Part shown: positions 1-7,513 of the stretch, piece after piece
How the letters are laid out: each line of letters begins with the position of its first letter
How positions within the stretch are numbered: position 1 is the first letter of the stretch
Source: an uncultured Chloroflexota bacterium
Lineage (GTDB): Bacteria; Chloroflexota; Chloroflexia; Chloroflexales; Chloroflexaceae
Length of the DNA stretch: 64,000 bases
Reading direction: 5' to 3'
NCBI GenBank assembly: GCA_937120965.1
Contig: CAKZKA010000267.1
Location: forward strand, 1,556 to 65,555
Translations under genes and position numbers: made by a program
The notes under the pieces: model-generated
What the model was told of the DNA's origin: nothing
The model's database searches: none
What the model saw: only the letters and a program-made list of their open reading frames with translations

Positions 1-527
1 GTGTGCGCCGCCCCCAGGTCAATCAGCGCCAGGCTGCCATCGGGGCGCTGCACCAGATTGGCTGGCTTCAGATCGCCCACCACCACCGGCGGCTCGCGAG
101 TGTGCAGGTAGGTCAGCACATCGCATAGATTGGCCGCCCAGAGCTGCACCTGGCGCCAGGGCCAGGGCCCCTGGCGCGCCAGGGCGCTGAGGGGCTGGCC
201 GGCAACCAGTTCACGCGCAAGCCAGACGCGCTGCGGCCCGCGCTCCAGGCCGTACAGGCGCGGCAGGGCCGCGTGGTCCAGCCGCCGCAGCAGGCCAGCC
301 TCGCGGCGCAACACCTCCTCGGCCTCGCGACGCGCGCTGGCCTCCAGATCCTGCCGGGCAATCTTCACCGCTACCGGTGCGCCACCGCGACGCAGATCGA
401 CCGCCTGAAAGACCACGGCCTGGCCGCCCTGACCGATCAGCGCCTCGAGCCGGAAGCGTTCCCCCAGCACCGTACCAGCGGTCGGTTCGTGCTGCTCCAG
501 GCGAATGGTTTGGTGAACGTGGGCCAT
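1..527 (-). CDS. Hanks-type Ser/Thr protein kinase, N-terminal part (gene runs off window start)
   Basis: Absent from the ORF track because it has no stop in the window. Reverse-strand translation from the ATG (complement of 525-527) reads MAHVHQTIRLEQHEPTAGTVLGERFRLEALIGQGGQAVVFQAVD...VAVKI...GDLKPANLV. These are the glycine-rich loop, the VAVK lysine and the DLKPxN catalytic loop. Confidence 0.7.
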   Translation of the reverse strand, partial: MAHVHQTIRLEQHEPTAGTVLGERFRLEALIGQGGQAVVFQAVDLRRGGAPVAVKIARQDLEASARREAEEVLRREAGLLRRLDHAALPRLYGLERGPQRVWLARELVAGQPLSALARQGPWPWRQVQLWAANLCDVLTYLHTREPPVVVGDLKPANLVQRPDGSLALIDLGAAH

Positions 528-552
528 CGCCGCTTTCCCTGCCCGTAGATAC

Positions 553-659
553 GTATTCACATTTGGGGTAAGGCGTCACCCCGCGTGCGCGGGCGTCCCG
601 CCCGCAATGGCCTGGATGCGGGCAAGATGCCCGCGCCCCCGGGAGAAGTGTGAACACGT
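553..659 (+). repeat. R1 element copy 1 (~105-bp imperfect palindrome with GTRTTCACA ends)
   Basis: GTATTCACATTTGGGGTAAGGCGTCACCCC...GCGGGCGTCCCGCCCGCAATGGCCTGGATGCGGGCAAGATGCCCGC...GAGAAGTGTGAACAC. It contains three short GC hairpins. Confidence 0.75.
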
Positions 660-979
660 ACGCGTGGGGAAACCCGGTTTCCCCATCAGACGCGGGCGCC
701 TTGCGCGAACGATTGTGCCACAGAGCGCCTCCCGGCGCAAGCGTCAGGGGGGTATGGGTTCCCCCTTCTCCTGGGAGCGCAGGCAGGTCGTCCTCAAACG
801 CTGACCGGGGCGGGAACCCTCGCGCCCGGGCTGACGCCGACCCTCCGGCGCTTGAGTGTACCTGGCGCCGATATAATAACGGCGTGTCCGGCACCTCTCA
901 CCCGTGCGAGCGCGCGGCAGAGTCGCCCGCGCCGCCCCTCTCGTGCTCTTCTGAGGATGAGAGGCAGAAGAGGAGACCC

Positions 980-1981
980 ATGCTTACACCTGGCGACGTC
1001 AAGCGCGCCTTACAACATTATGACCTCGGAACGGTCCGCTCAGTGCGTCCAGCATCGCATGGCGTGGTCAACGAAACCGCATTCGTGGAAACGAGCAGCG
1101 GGCGCTACGTGGTGCGTCGCAACCAGCGGGCCACGGGGTGGGGCAGGCTCGAACTGCGGCACCAGTTGCTGAACTGGCTGCGCCTTCGGGCCTTTCCCAG
1201 CCCGCGCCTGATCCCCGCGCGCAATGGCGACAACGCCGTTGAAGTAGACGGCCGCGTCTTCGAGGTCTTCACCTTTATTGACGGCGACGAGTTCAATATC
1301 GACCGCCCGGCGCACATCAGCGGCACGGGCAGCATCCTCGCCCGCTACCACCGCACTGTCGAAGACTTCCCCTACCTGCCGCCGCCCGAAGCGCCACGCT
1401 ATAATCCCGGTTCGCTCCTCGGCCTGATCGAACGCCTGATGCAGCGCGACCTGATGGGCGAACTCTCCGAACCCCTGAACTGGTACGACCGCCGCGCTGC
1501 CCATCTGCGCGCGGTGCTGCCCACCGAGGCCTACAGCGCGCTGCCACACGTGCTCATTCACGGCGATATGCACCGTGATAATGTCATCTTCCGCGGCGAC
1601 ACTGTGGCCGCCCTGATCGACTTCGACCAGGTGACGGTAGATGCTCGCATCGTTGACCTGGCCGACGCCCTGGTGGATTTTACCGTCGGCGCCACTCCGC
1701 CCGACTGGTTCCCCTGGGGCGTGTACGCCGGCCCGCTCGACCAGCAGCGCGCTGCGTTGCTGCTGGAAGGCTATCATACCATCGCGCCGCTAACCAGCGC
1801 TGAGTGCAAGGCCCTGCCCGTGCTCGTCGAAGTGATCTGGCTCCAGGGCAACCTGCGCCGGGTGCTCGGCACCGCCGACGCCGAACCCGACTACCACCTC
1901 GAAGTGCTTCAGCAAGGTCGCCGGCTGTCCCTGTGGCTCCAGGAGCATCCCGACGTCCTTGCGGTCGAGGGGCAAGCCTGA
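980..1981 (+). CDS. Phosphotransferase family protein (APH / homoserine kinase type II-like)
   Basis: In-frame ATG at 980 preceded by GAGGAG. LIHGDMHRDNVIF and LIDFDQ match the HxDxxxxN catalytic and DFD metal-binding motifs. The first 110 codons of track ORF 650..1981 lie in repeat DNA. Confidence 0.7.
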   Translation: MLTPGDVKRALQHYDLGTVRSVRPASHGVVNETAFVETSSGRYVVRRNQRATGWGRLELRHQLLNWLRLRAFPSPRLIPARNGDNAVEVDGRVFEVFTFIDGDEFNIDRPAHISGTGSILARYHRTVEDFPYLPPPEAPRYNPGSLLGLIERLMQRDLMGELSEPLNWYDRRAAHLRAVLPTEAYSALPHVLIHGDMHRDNVIFRGDTVAALIDFDQVTVDARIVDLADALVDFTVGATPPDWFPWGVYAGPLDQQRAALLLEGYHTIAPLTSAECKALPVLVEVIWLQGNLRRVLGTADAEPDYHLEVLQQGRRLSLWLQEHPDVLAVEGQA

Positions 1982-2227
1982 TGTGAACATAGCCCGCCCA
2001 CGGGAGGCTTTGGGAGGGCGCAGTCCTCCCAGGAAACAACCCGCGCGCGGGGAGGGTTTGGGAGGGCACAGCTCTCCCAGGAAACAACCCGCCCGCGGGA
2101 GGGTTTGGGAGGGCACAGCCCTCCCAGGAAACAACCCGCCCGCGGGGAGGGTTTGGGAGGGCGCAGCCCTCCCAGGAAACAACCCGCCCGCGGGGAGGGT
2201 TTGGGAGGGCGCAGCCCTCCCGGAAAC
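1979..2227 (+). repeat. Terminal motif TGATGTGAACAT followed by five tandem 47-48-bp G4/hairpin (H) units
   Basis: Units start at 2002, 2050, 2097, 2145 and 2193. Each reads GGGAGGGTTTGGGAGGGC-N4-CCCTCCCAGGAAACAACCCGCCCGCG. Confidence 0.9.
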
Positions 2228-2263
2228 GTCTTTTACCTCTCCCGTCAACGAGGAGCAGTACCT

Positions 2264-2776
2264 ATGTCAGAACGACACGAATATACCGACGAAGAATGGG
2301 CAACCCTCATTGGCGCGCCCATCGCTGTGATCGCCGCCGTGATCGGCGCCAGTCCCAGCGGGCCGATTGGCATTTCGCAGGAGGTGGCCGCGGCGGTGCG
2401 CGCCTTCGAGGACGCCGCCGAAACCCGTCGCTCTAACCCACTCATTGCCTCAATGCTGATTACCCTCCGCGATCGCTTCAACGCCTATATCGGCAAAAGC
2501 CCCGACGATCCTGCCGTAGCGCAGGTTGACATCTTTGCCCTGGGCCGCGACCCCGCTCGCGCCGTGGCCGGCATCGGCGAGGCCGGCGCCCTGCTGGCGC
2601 GCAAGGCCCCCCCCGACGTGGCCGCGGAGGTGCGCGAATGGCTGGTTGACCTCAGCAACCAGGTGGCCCACGCCGCCGTCGAGGGCGGGTTCATGGGCAT
2701 GGGCGGCGAACGAGTCAACGAACGCGAACGGAATATCCTCGCCGAGATCGCTACCGCCCTGGGCGCCGAAGCATAA
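2264..2776 (+). CDS. Hypothetical protein (170 aa)
   Basis: ATG at 2264 lies 8 nt after AGGAG. The upstream part of track ORF 2105..2776 is the tandem repeat array. The coding-like composition starts at MSERHEYTDEEW. No family recognised. Confidence 0.55.
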   Translation: MSERHEYTDEEWATLIGAPIAVIAAVIGASPSGPIGISQEVAAAVRAFEDAAETRRSNPLIASMLITLRDRFNAYIGKSPDDPAVAQVDIFALGRDPARAVAGIGEAGALLARKAPPDVAAEVREWLVDLSNQVAHAAVEGGFMGMGGERVNERERNILAEIATALGAEA

Positions 2777-2845
2777 TCGCTGTTTATGCGGCGAAGCTGC
2801 ATAAAGACGAGATGAAAACAGGTTTGTTATGTACACCCTCCCGGT

Positions 2846-2898
2846 GGGGAGGGCTTGCCACCCCCGCAGGCAGGGGGGTGGGGAAACCCGGTTTTCCC
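2846..2898. repeat. H-like hairpin plus an imperfect 19-bp palindrome
   Basis: CCCTCCCGGTGGGGAGGG, then GGGGAAACCCGGTTTTCCC at 2880-2898. Confidence 0.6.
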
Positions 2899-2926
2899 TG
2901 ATATTCATACCAGCCGCAAGGGTGTC

Positions 2927-2935
2927 TGGTACAAT
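2927..2935 (+). promoter_or_regulatory. Candidate extended -10 (TGgTACAAT) upstream of the M16C protease gene
   Basis: TG at 2927-2928 and TACAAT at 2930-2935. No convincing -35. Confidence 0.3.
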
Positions 2936-3075
2936 ACAAGGGTCATATCAAATCCGCCAGGTTCGTGTGCCTGAATGGGCAGGCTCTAAAGAGCCGCAGG
3001 CCCCTCCAGCGGGCAGCCCTGCGCACGCCCCACCAGGGTTTGATCCATTCCTGCACAGCGAAAGCGAGCACGTCC

Positions 3076-5991
3076 ATGACCCTGACCCACGGCTTCGAAT
3101 TGCTGCGCGACGAGTACATCGCCGAGTTGAACACCCGCGCCCGGCTGTACCGTCACGCGAAAACCGGCGCCCAGCTCCTCTCCCTTGAAAATGACGATGA
3201 GAATAAGAGCTTTGGCATCACCTTTCGCACCCCACCCGCCGACAGCACCGGCATCGCCCATATCCTCGAACACTGCGTGCTCTGCGGCTCGCGGAAGTAC
3301 CCGGTCAAAAAACCCTTCTTTGAACTGGTTAAAAGCTCGGTCAAAACCTTCCTCAATGCCATGACCTACCCGGACAAGACCGTCTACCCGGTCGCGTCCA
3401 CCAATACGACCGACTTCTACAATCTGGTTGATGTGTACCTCGACGCGGTATTCTTTCCCCGTCTGACGCCCGAGGTGTTGAAACAGGAGGGTTGGCGGTA
3501 CGAGTTGCCCCGGAAAGACGCGCCGCTGGTCTTTCAAGGGGTGGTGTACAACGAGATGAAGGGCGTCTATTCATCGCCCGATAGCCTGCTCTACCGGTAC
3601 AGCCAGCAAGCCCTCTTCCCCGACACCACCTACGGCGTCTCATCCGGCGGCGATCCGCAGTTCATTCCTGACCTTACCTACGAGCAATTCAAACGCTTCC
3701 ACGAGACTCTCTACCACCCCTCCAACGCGCGCATCTTCTTTTACGGCGATGATGACCCGCAGCGCCGCCTGCAGGTGGTTGAAGCCTACCTGAGCCAGTT
3801 CGAGCCACTGGAGAGCCCCTCGCAGATCGCCCTGCAGCCACGCTTCGCGGCCCCCCGGGTGGTCGAACAGACCTATGCCGCTCCGAGTGAAGAGAGCGGC
3901 AAGAAGGGCATGGTCACCGTAAGCTGGATGCTCGACGCGGAGAGCGATATGACCCGCGTGCTGGCCCTCGATGTGCTGAGTTACATCCTGGTCGGCACCG
4001 CCGCAGCCCCGCTCTACAAGGCGCTGATGGACTCGCGCCTGGGCGAGAGCCTTACCGGCAGCGGGTACAACGACGGTCTGCGTCAGCACACCTTCTCAGT
4101 GGGCCTGAAGGGGATTGACCCCGCCGATGCGCCAAAGGTCGAGGACCTGGTGCTCCACACGCTCGAGCGCCTGGCGAGTGAGGGTATTGACCCGGAGCAG
4201 GTAGCTGCGGCGCTGAACACGGTCGAGTTTGCGCTCCGCGAGAACAACACGGGCGCCTTTCCTCGCGGCCTGAGCCTGATGCTCCGCGCCCTGCACACCT
4301 GGCTCTACGACGGCGACCCTCTTGCGGCGCTGCGCTTCGAGGCGCCCCTGGAGGCGGTCAAAAGCGCCGTGGCCCGAGGCGAGCCGATCTTCGAGCGCCT
4401 GATCCGCGAAACGCTGCTCGACAATCCCCACCGCGTGCGAGTGGTGCTGCGCCCCGACCCCAGCCGGGCCGAGCGCGACGCCGCCGCGGAGCGCGCCCGT
4501 CTCGACGCCGCCCGCGCCGCGATGAGCGAGGCCGATCTCGAACGCCTGGTGGTTGAGACCGCCGAGCTGCGCCGGCTCCAGGAGGAGCCAGACCGCCCCG
4601 AGGACCTGGCCCGCATCCCCACCCTCACCATCGCCGACCTCGACCGCCACGGCAAGACCATTCCCACCAGTGAACTCAATGTGGGCGGCGCGCCGCTGCT
4701 CTTCCACGACCTCTTTACCAATGGCGTGGTGTACCTGGACCTGGCCTTCGACCTGCGAGCGCTGCCGCCCGAGTTGCTGCCCTTCGTGCCCCTCTTTGCC
4801 CGCGCCCTTACCGAAATGGGCACGACCAGGGAGGACTTCGTGCGCCTGGTGCAACGCATCGGCCGCGAGACAGGCGGCATTGGCGCCTCGGCCATCACCG
4901 CCACCCATGTGATCACCGGTGAGCCGGTGGGCCGCCTGCTGGTGCGCGGCAAGAGCACTCTGGCCCGGACTGGCGCCATGCTGGCGATCATCCGCGATAT
5001 CCTGCTCGAAGTGCGCCTGGACGAGCAGGAGCGCTTCCGCCAGATTGTTACTCGCGCCAGGGCCGGGCGCGAGTCATCGCTGGCGCCCAGCGGCAACGCC
5101 TACGCCCGCAAGCGCCTGGCGGCGCGCTTCGACGCTGCCGAGTGGGCCGACGAACAGATGAGCGGTATCAGCGGGCTGTTCTTCGTGCGCGAGCTGGAGC
5201 GCCGCATCGCCAGCGATTGGCCCGGCGTCCTGACCCAGCTCGAGGCGGTGCGCCGCCACCTGGTCAACCGCGCGGCCCTGGTCGCCAATGTGACGGTCGA
5301 TCGGCAGACCTTCAACACCATCGAGCCGGCCCTCGAGGACTTTATTGCCGAGCTGCCCGCCGCGCCCTACACGCCGGCCCCCTGGCGCGTGGCCGAGGCC
5401 GGACCACACGAGGGCCTGATTATCCCCGCTCAGGTCAACTACGTCGCCAAGGGCGCCAACCTGAAGGCCCTGGGCATCACCGTCGGCGGGGCGGCCAGCG
5501 CCATAACGCGCTTCCTCTATAACGCGTACCTGCTCGAAAAGATCCGCGTCCAGGGCGGCGCCTATGGCGCCGGCAGCAGTTATGACCGCAGCACCGGTAT
5601 CTTCGCCTGGACGTCGTACCGCGATCCCCACCTGCTGCGCACGCTGGACGTGTACGATGGCACAGCAGCCTTCCTGCGGAGCGTGGAACTGGATCGCCTG
5701 GCGGTCGAACGCAGCATCATCGGCACCATCGGCGACCTGGACGCCTACCAGTTGCCCGACGCGCGGGGCTACACCGCCATGGTGCGCCACCTGACCGGGG
5801 TCAGCGATGCCTACCGTCAGAGCATCCGCGAGCAGATCCTCGACGCGACCGCCGCCGACTTCCGCGCCTTCGCCGACGCGGCCGAGGCTGCCAGCGCCCA
5901 CGGCGCCATCGCCGTCCTGGGTTCGGCGGAGGCGATCGAGGCCGCCAACCGCGAGCGCCCGGGGTTGCTGCAACCGGTGCAGGTGTTGTAG
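3076..5991 (+). CDS. M16C-family zinc metalloprotease (PreP/presequence-protease-like insulinase)
   Basis: Product of 971 aa starting MTLTHGFELLRDEYIAELNT. Inverted zinc motif HILEH. Length and N-terminal similarity are typical of peptidase M16C. Confidence 0.8.
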   Translation: MTLTHGFELLRDEYIAELNTRARLYRHAKTGAQLLSLENDDENKSFGITFRTPPADSTGIAHILEHCVLCGSRKYPVKKPFFELVKSSVKTFLNAMTYPDKTVYPVASTNTTDFYNLVDVYLDAVFFPRLTPEVLKQEGWRYELPRKDAPLVFQGVVYNEMKGVYSSPDSLLYRYSQQALFPDTTYGVSSGGDPQFIPDLTYEQFKRFHETLYHPSNARIFFYGDDDPQRRLQVVEAYLSQFEPLESPSQIALQPRFAAPRVVEQTYAAPSEESGKKGMVTVSWMLDAESDMTRVLALDVLSYILVGTAAAPLYKALMDSRLGESLTGSGYNDGLRQHTFSVGLKGIDPADAPKVEDLVLHTLERLASEGIDPEQVAAALNTVEFALRENNTGAFPRGLSLMLRALHTWLYDGDPLAALRFEAPLEAVKSAVARGEPIFERLIRETLLDNPHRVRVVLRPDPSRAERDAAAERARLDAARAAMSEADLERLVVETAELRRLQEEPDRPEDLARIPTLTIADLDRHGKTIPTSELNVGGAPLLFHDLFTNGVVYLDLAFDLRALPPELLPFVPLFARALTEMGTTREDFVRLVQRIGRETGGIGASAITATHVITGEPVGRLLVRGKSTLARTGAMLAIIRDILLEVRLDEQERFRQIVTRARAGRESSLAPSGNAYARKRLAARFDAAEWADEQMSGISGLFFVRELERRIASDWPGVLTQLEAVRRHLVNRAALVANVTVDRQTFNTIEPALEDFIAELPAAPYTPAPWRVAEAGPHEGLIIPAQVNYVAKGANLKALGITVGGAASAITRFLYNAYLLEKIRVQGGAYGAGSSYDRSTGIFAWTSYRDPHLLRTLDVYDGTAAFLRSVELDRLAVERSIIGTIGDLDAYQLPDARGYTAMVRHLTGVSDAYRQSIREQILDATAADFRAFADAAEAASAHGAIAVLGSAEAIEAANRERPGLLQPVQVL

Positions 5992-6054
5992 GGGCGGAAC
6001 ATCCGTGGCCAGGGGCGCGAGGAACCTCGGGCGCCCCACTACACCCTTGGGGGT

Positions 6055-6300
6055 GGGGGAACCCGGTTCCCCCATGTCCCAACCGCTATTGGGAGCGGCT
6101 GGCGCCCCAGCCTGCAGGGGCGCGGTTCGACAAGCTCACCACAGGTGGGGAAACCCGGTTTCCCCGATGTTCACCTCAGCCGTCCATGCGGCTGCGCCGC
6201 ACAACGACAAAATGGGTTTTTCTTGGGAGGGCGTAGAGGCGCGGCGCTGCCGCGCCTCTACGCCCAAACCCTCCCGCGCGGCCTATTTTCACATCAGGAG
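6055..6300 (-). repeat. Composite repeat block
   Basis: Palindrome variant at 6055-6073. CCAACCGCT..AGCGGCTGG hairpin. GCGGTTCGACAAGCTCACCACAGGT. Perfect palindrome at 6148-6166. ATGTTCACCTCAG. TCCATGCGGCTGCGCCGCACAACG. A 17-bp-stem hairpin at 6229-6265. ATTTTCACATCAG. Confidence 0.85.
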
Positions 6301-6309
6301 TAGCGCGCC

Positions 6310-7326
6310 TTGGCCCGTCAACGCGACCATTCTCACCCAACCGACATATTCGGGCTGCCTGAAGGACTGCTCGCCGCGATTGTCGCCGCGCTGCTCCTCA
6401 TCATAGTCTTCGCGCTGCACGTTTTTGCCACCCCTATGCCGCCTCCCGAGCGCTGGGCCAGCCTGACTGCCTTCAGCTTCCTGGCCCTGGGGTTAACCCT
6501 GCCCGGCTGCGCCGCGCTGTACGACGGGCTGGGCCGCGTGGTGCGTCGCGACCGGCGTGCCCTGGCCGCGCTGCTGGCAGTGGCGCCAACCCTCTACGCA
6601 GCCTACGCGTTTGCGGTGCGCGAATTGAATGGCATGGGGTTGCTCTCGGCGATCCTCTTCACCGTCGTGCCGGCCCTGGCCTCTGGCCTGGCCCGCGACC
6701 GTCGTCAACCCACCCTTGCCGACGCTGTGGCTCTGGCCTACCTCGGCCTGGCCCTGGGCCTGCGCCTGGTTCCGCACCTCACCCTGCCGCAACAGGGCGG
6801 GCTGGTGGGCTTCTTCGGGTTGACCATGGCACCGCTGCTCCTGATCCTCTTCGCGGCGCGGGGCTGGCCTGGCCCGGGCTTCACCTGGCACCTCAGCGGG
6901 CGCGAATTGCGTGATGCTCTGGTCGCGGGCCTGCTGGCAGCCCTTGTGGCCCTCGGCGCCAGCGCCCTTATGAACGCGACCCGGCCTGCGGGTGCCCTGC
7001 CCTCGGCCGGTACATTCATTATGTCAATCATTACCAGCTACTTCTTCGTGGCCTTGCCCGCCGAGGTGCTGTTGCGCGGCGGCGTGCAGAACGGTCTGGC
7101 TCGGGCCCTGGCCGGGCGCGCCGGCCCCCGCGCGCCCTGGATAGCCCTCGCCGCGACGACGGCTCTTTCGGCGCTCGCCGGCATCGCGCCGGGCGGATGG
7201 CCGCTGGGACCGGTCGCCGGAGGCATCGCCGGCCTTGCCGCCGGCTGGAGCTACCTGCGCACCGGCAAGCTCACCGCCGCAGCCCTCGCCAGCGGGCTGG
7301 TGGTGCTGGGGACGAGTCTGCTGTGA
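6310..7326 (+). CDS. Polytopic membrane protein, weak CPBP (CAAX protease)-like C-terminal region
   Basis: Multiple hydrophobic helices. PAEVLLRGG resembles the EExxxR motif, but the His motifs are not evident. The start is uncertain (TTG at 6310 or ATG at 6436). The TGA stop lies inside the repeat motif TGTGAACA. Confidence 0.45.
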   Translation: MARQRDHSHPTDIFGLPEGLLAAIVAALLLIIVFALHVFATPMPPPERWASLTAFSFLALGLTLPGCAALYDGLGRVVRRDRRALAALLAVAPTLYAAYAFAVRELNGMGLLSAILFTVVPALASGLARDRRQPTLADAVALAYLGLALGLRLVPHLTLPQQGGLVGFFGLTMAPLLLILFAARGWPGPGFTWHLSGRELRDALVAGLLAALVALGASALMNATRPAGALPSAGTFIMSIITSYFFVALPAEVLLRGGVQNGLARALAGRAGPRAPWIALAATTALSALAGIAPGGWPLGPVAGGIAGLAAGWSYLRTGKLTAAALASGLVVLGTSLL

Positions 7327-7394
7327 ACAGGGGAAACCGGGCAATCCCACACCCCACCTCGAGACAATGGTCGGAGTCCACCTGTAATGAGTGA

Positions 7395-7496
7395 TACCAA
7401 TTTCACTTGAACTCTCCGCAAGCAGCGTTGCGTCAAAGCGCACCTGGACGCCTTGCGCGACAATCTGCAATCCAAAATCTACAATCTGAAATGGTA
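7395..7496 (-). mobile_element. 102-bp MITE, subfamily B, flanked by a TGA/TGA duplication
   Basis: Ends TACCAATT...AAATGGTA. TSD TGA at 7392-7394 and 7497-7499. It is the reverse complement of the 17184 copy. It sits 17 nt upstream of the MFS start codon. Confidence 0.8.
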
Positions 7497-7513
7497 TGAG
7501 AAGGAGAACCTGC

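Noticed and set aside
650-979. Upstream in-frame extensions proposed by the ORF track for several genes: 650 for the APH-like gene, 13355 for the HD gene, 25784 for nuoF, 27250 for nuoG, 37167 for nuoN, 49211 for comEC, and 45206 for the HD-CHAD gene.
   Set aside because: In each case the extension translates repeat modules (palindromes or H units). A downstream start with an RBS, or with family-typical N-terminal sequence, exists.
2002-2227. A possible CRISPR array suggested by regularly spaced ~48-bp repeats.
   Set aside because: The units are directly adjacent with no unique spacers. The same unit is dispersed singly across the window. No cas genes are present.
1959-2330. Track ORFs lying inside repeat DNA, with recurring peptides such as GGRSPPRKQPARGEGLGG, WGNRVSP, GKPGFP and RFDRLTAGGETRFP. 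Examples: 1959..2330, 1790..2248, 35319..35714, 46000..46749, 46320..46718, 50764..51192, 58266..58520, 59426..59728, 61094..61420.
   Set aside because: They are translations of tandem or palindromic repeats, readable on both strands and in several frames. They lack RBS or start context. Their conservation is explained by the nucleotide repeat itself.
6121-6147. A tRNA-like T-arm string GGTTCGA(C/A), also at 32069-32080, 37306-37330 and 61283-61310.
   Set aside because: No acceptor, D or anticodon arms can be folded around these strings. At 6121, 37306 and 61283 the string belongs to the recurring GCGGTTCGACAGGCTCACCGCAGGT repeat module. The one at 32069 is isolated in the nuoI-nuoJ spacer.
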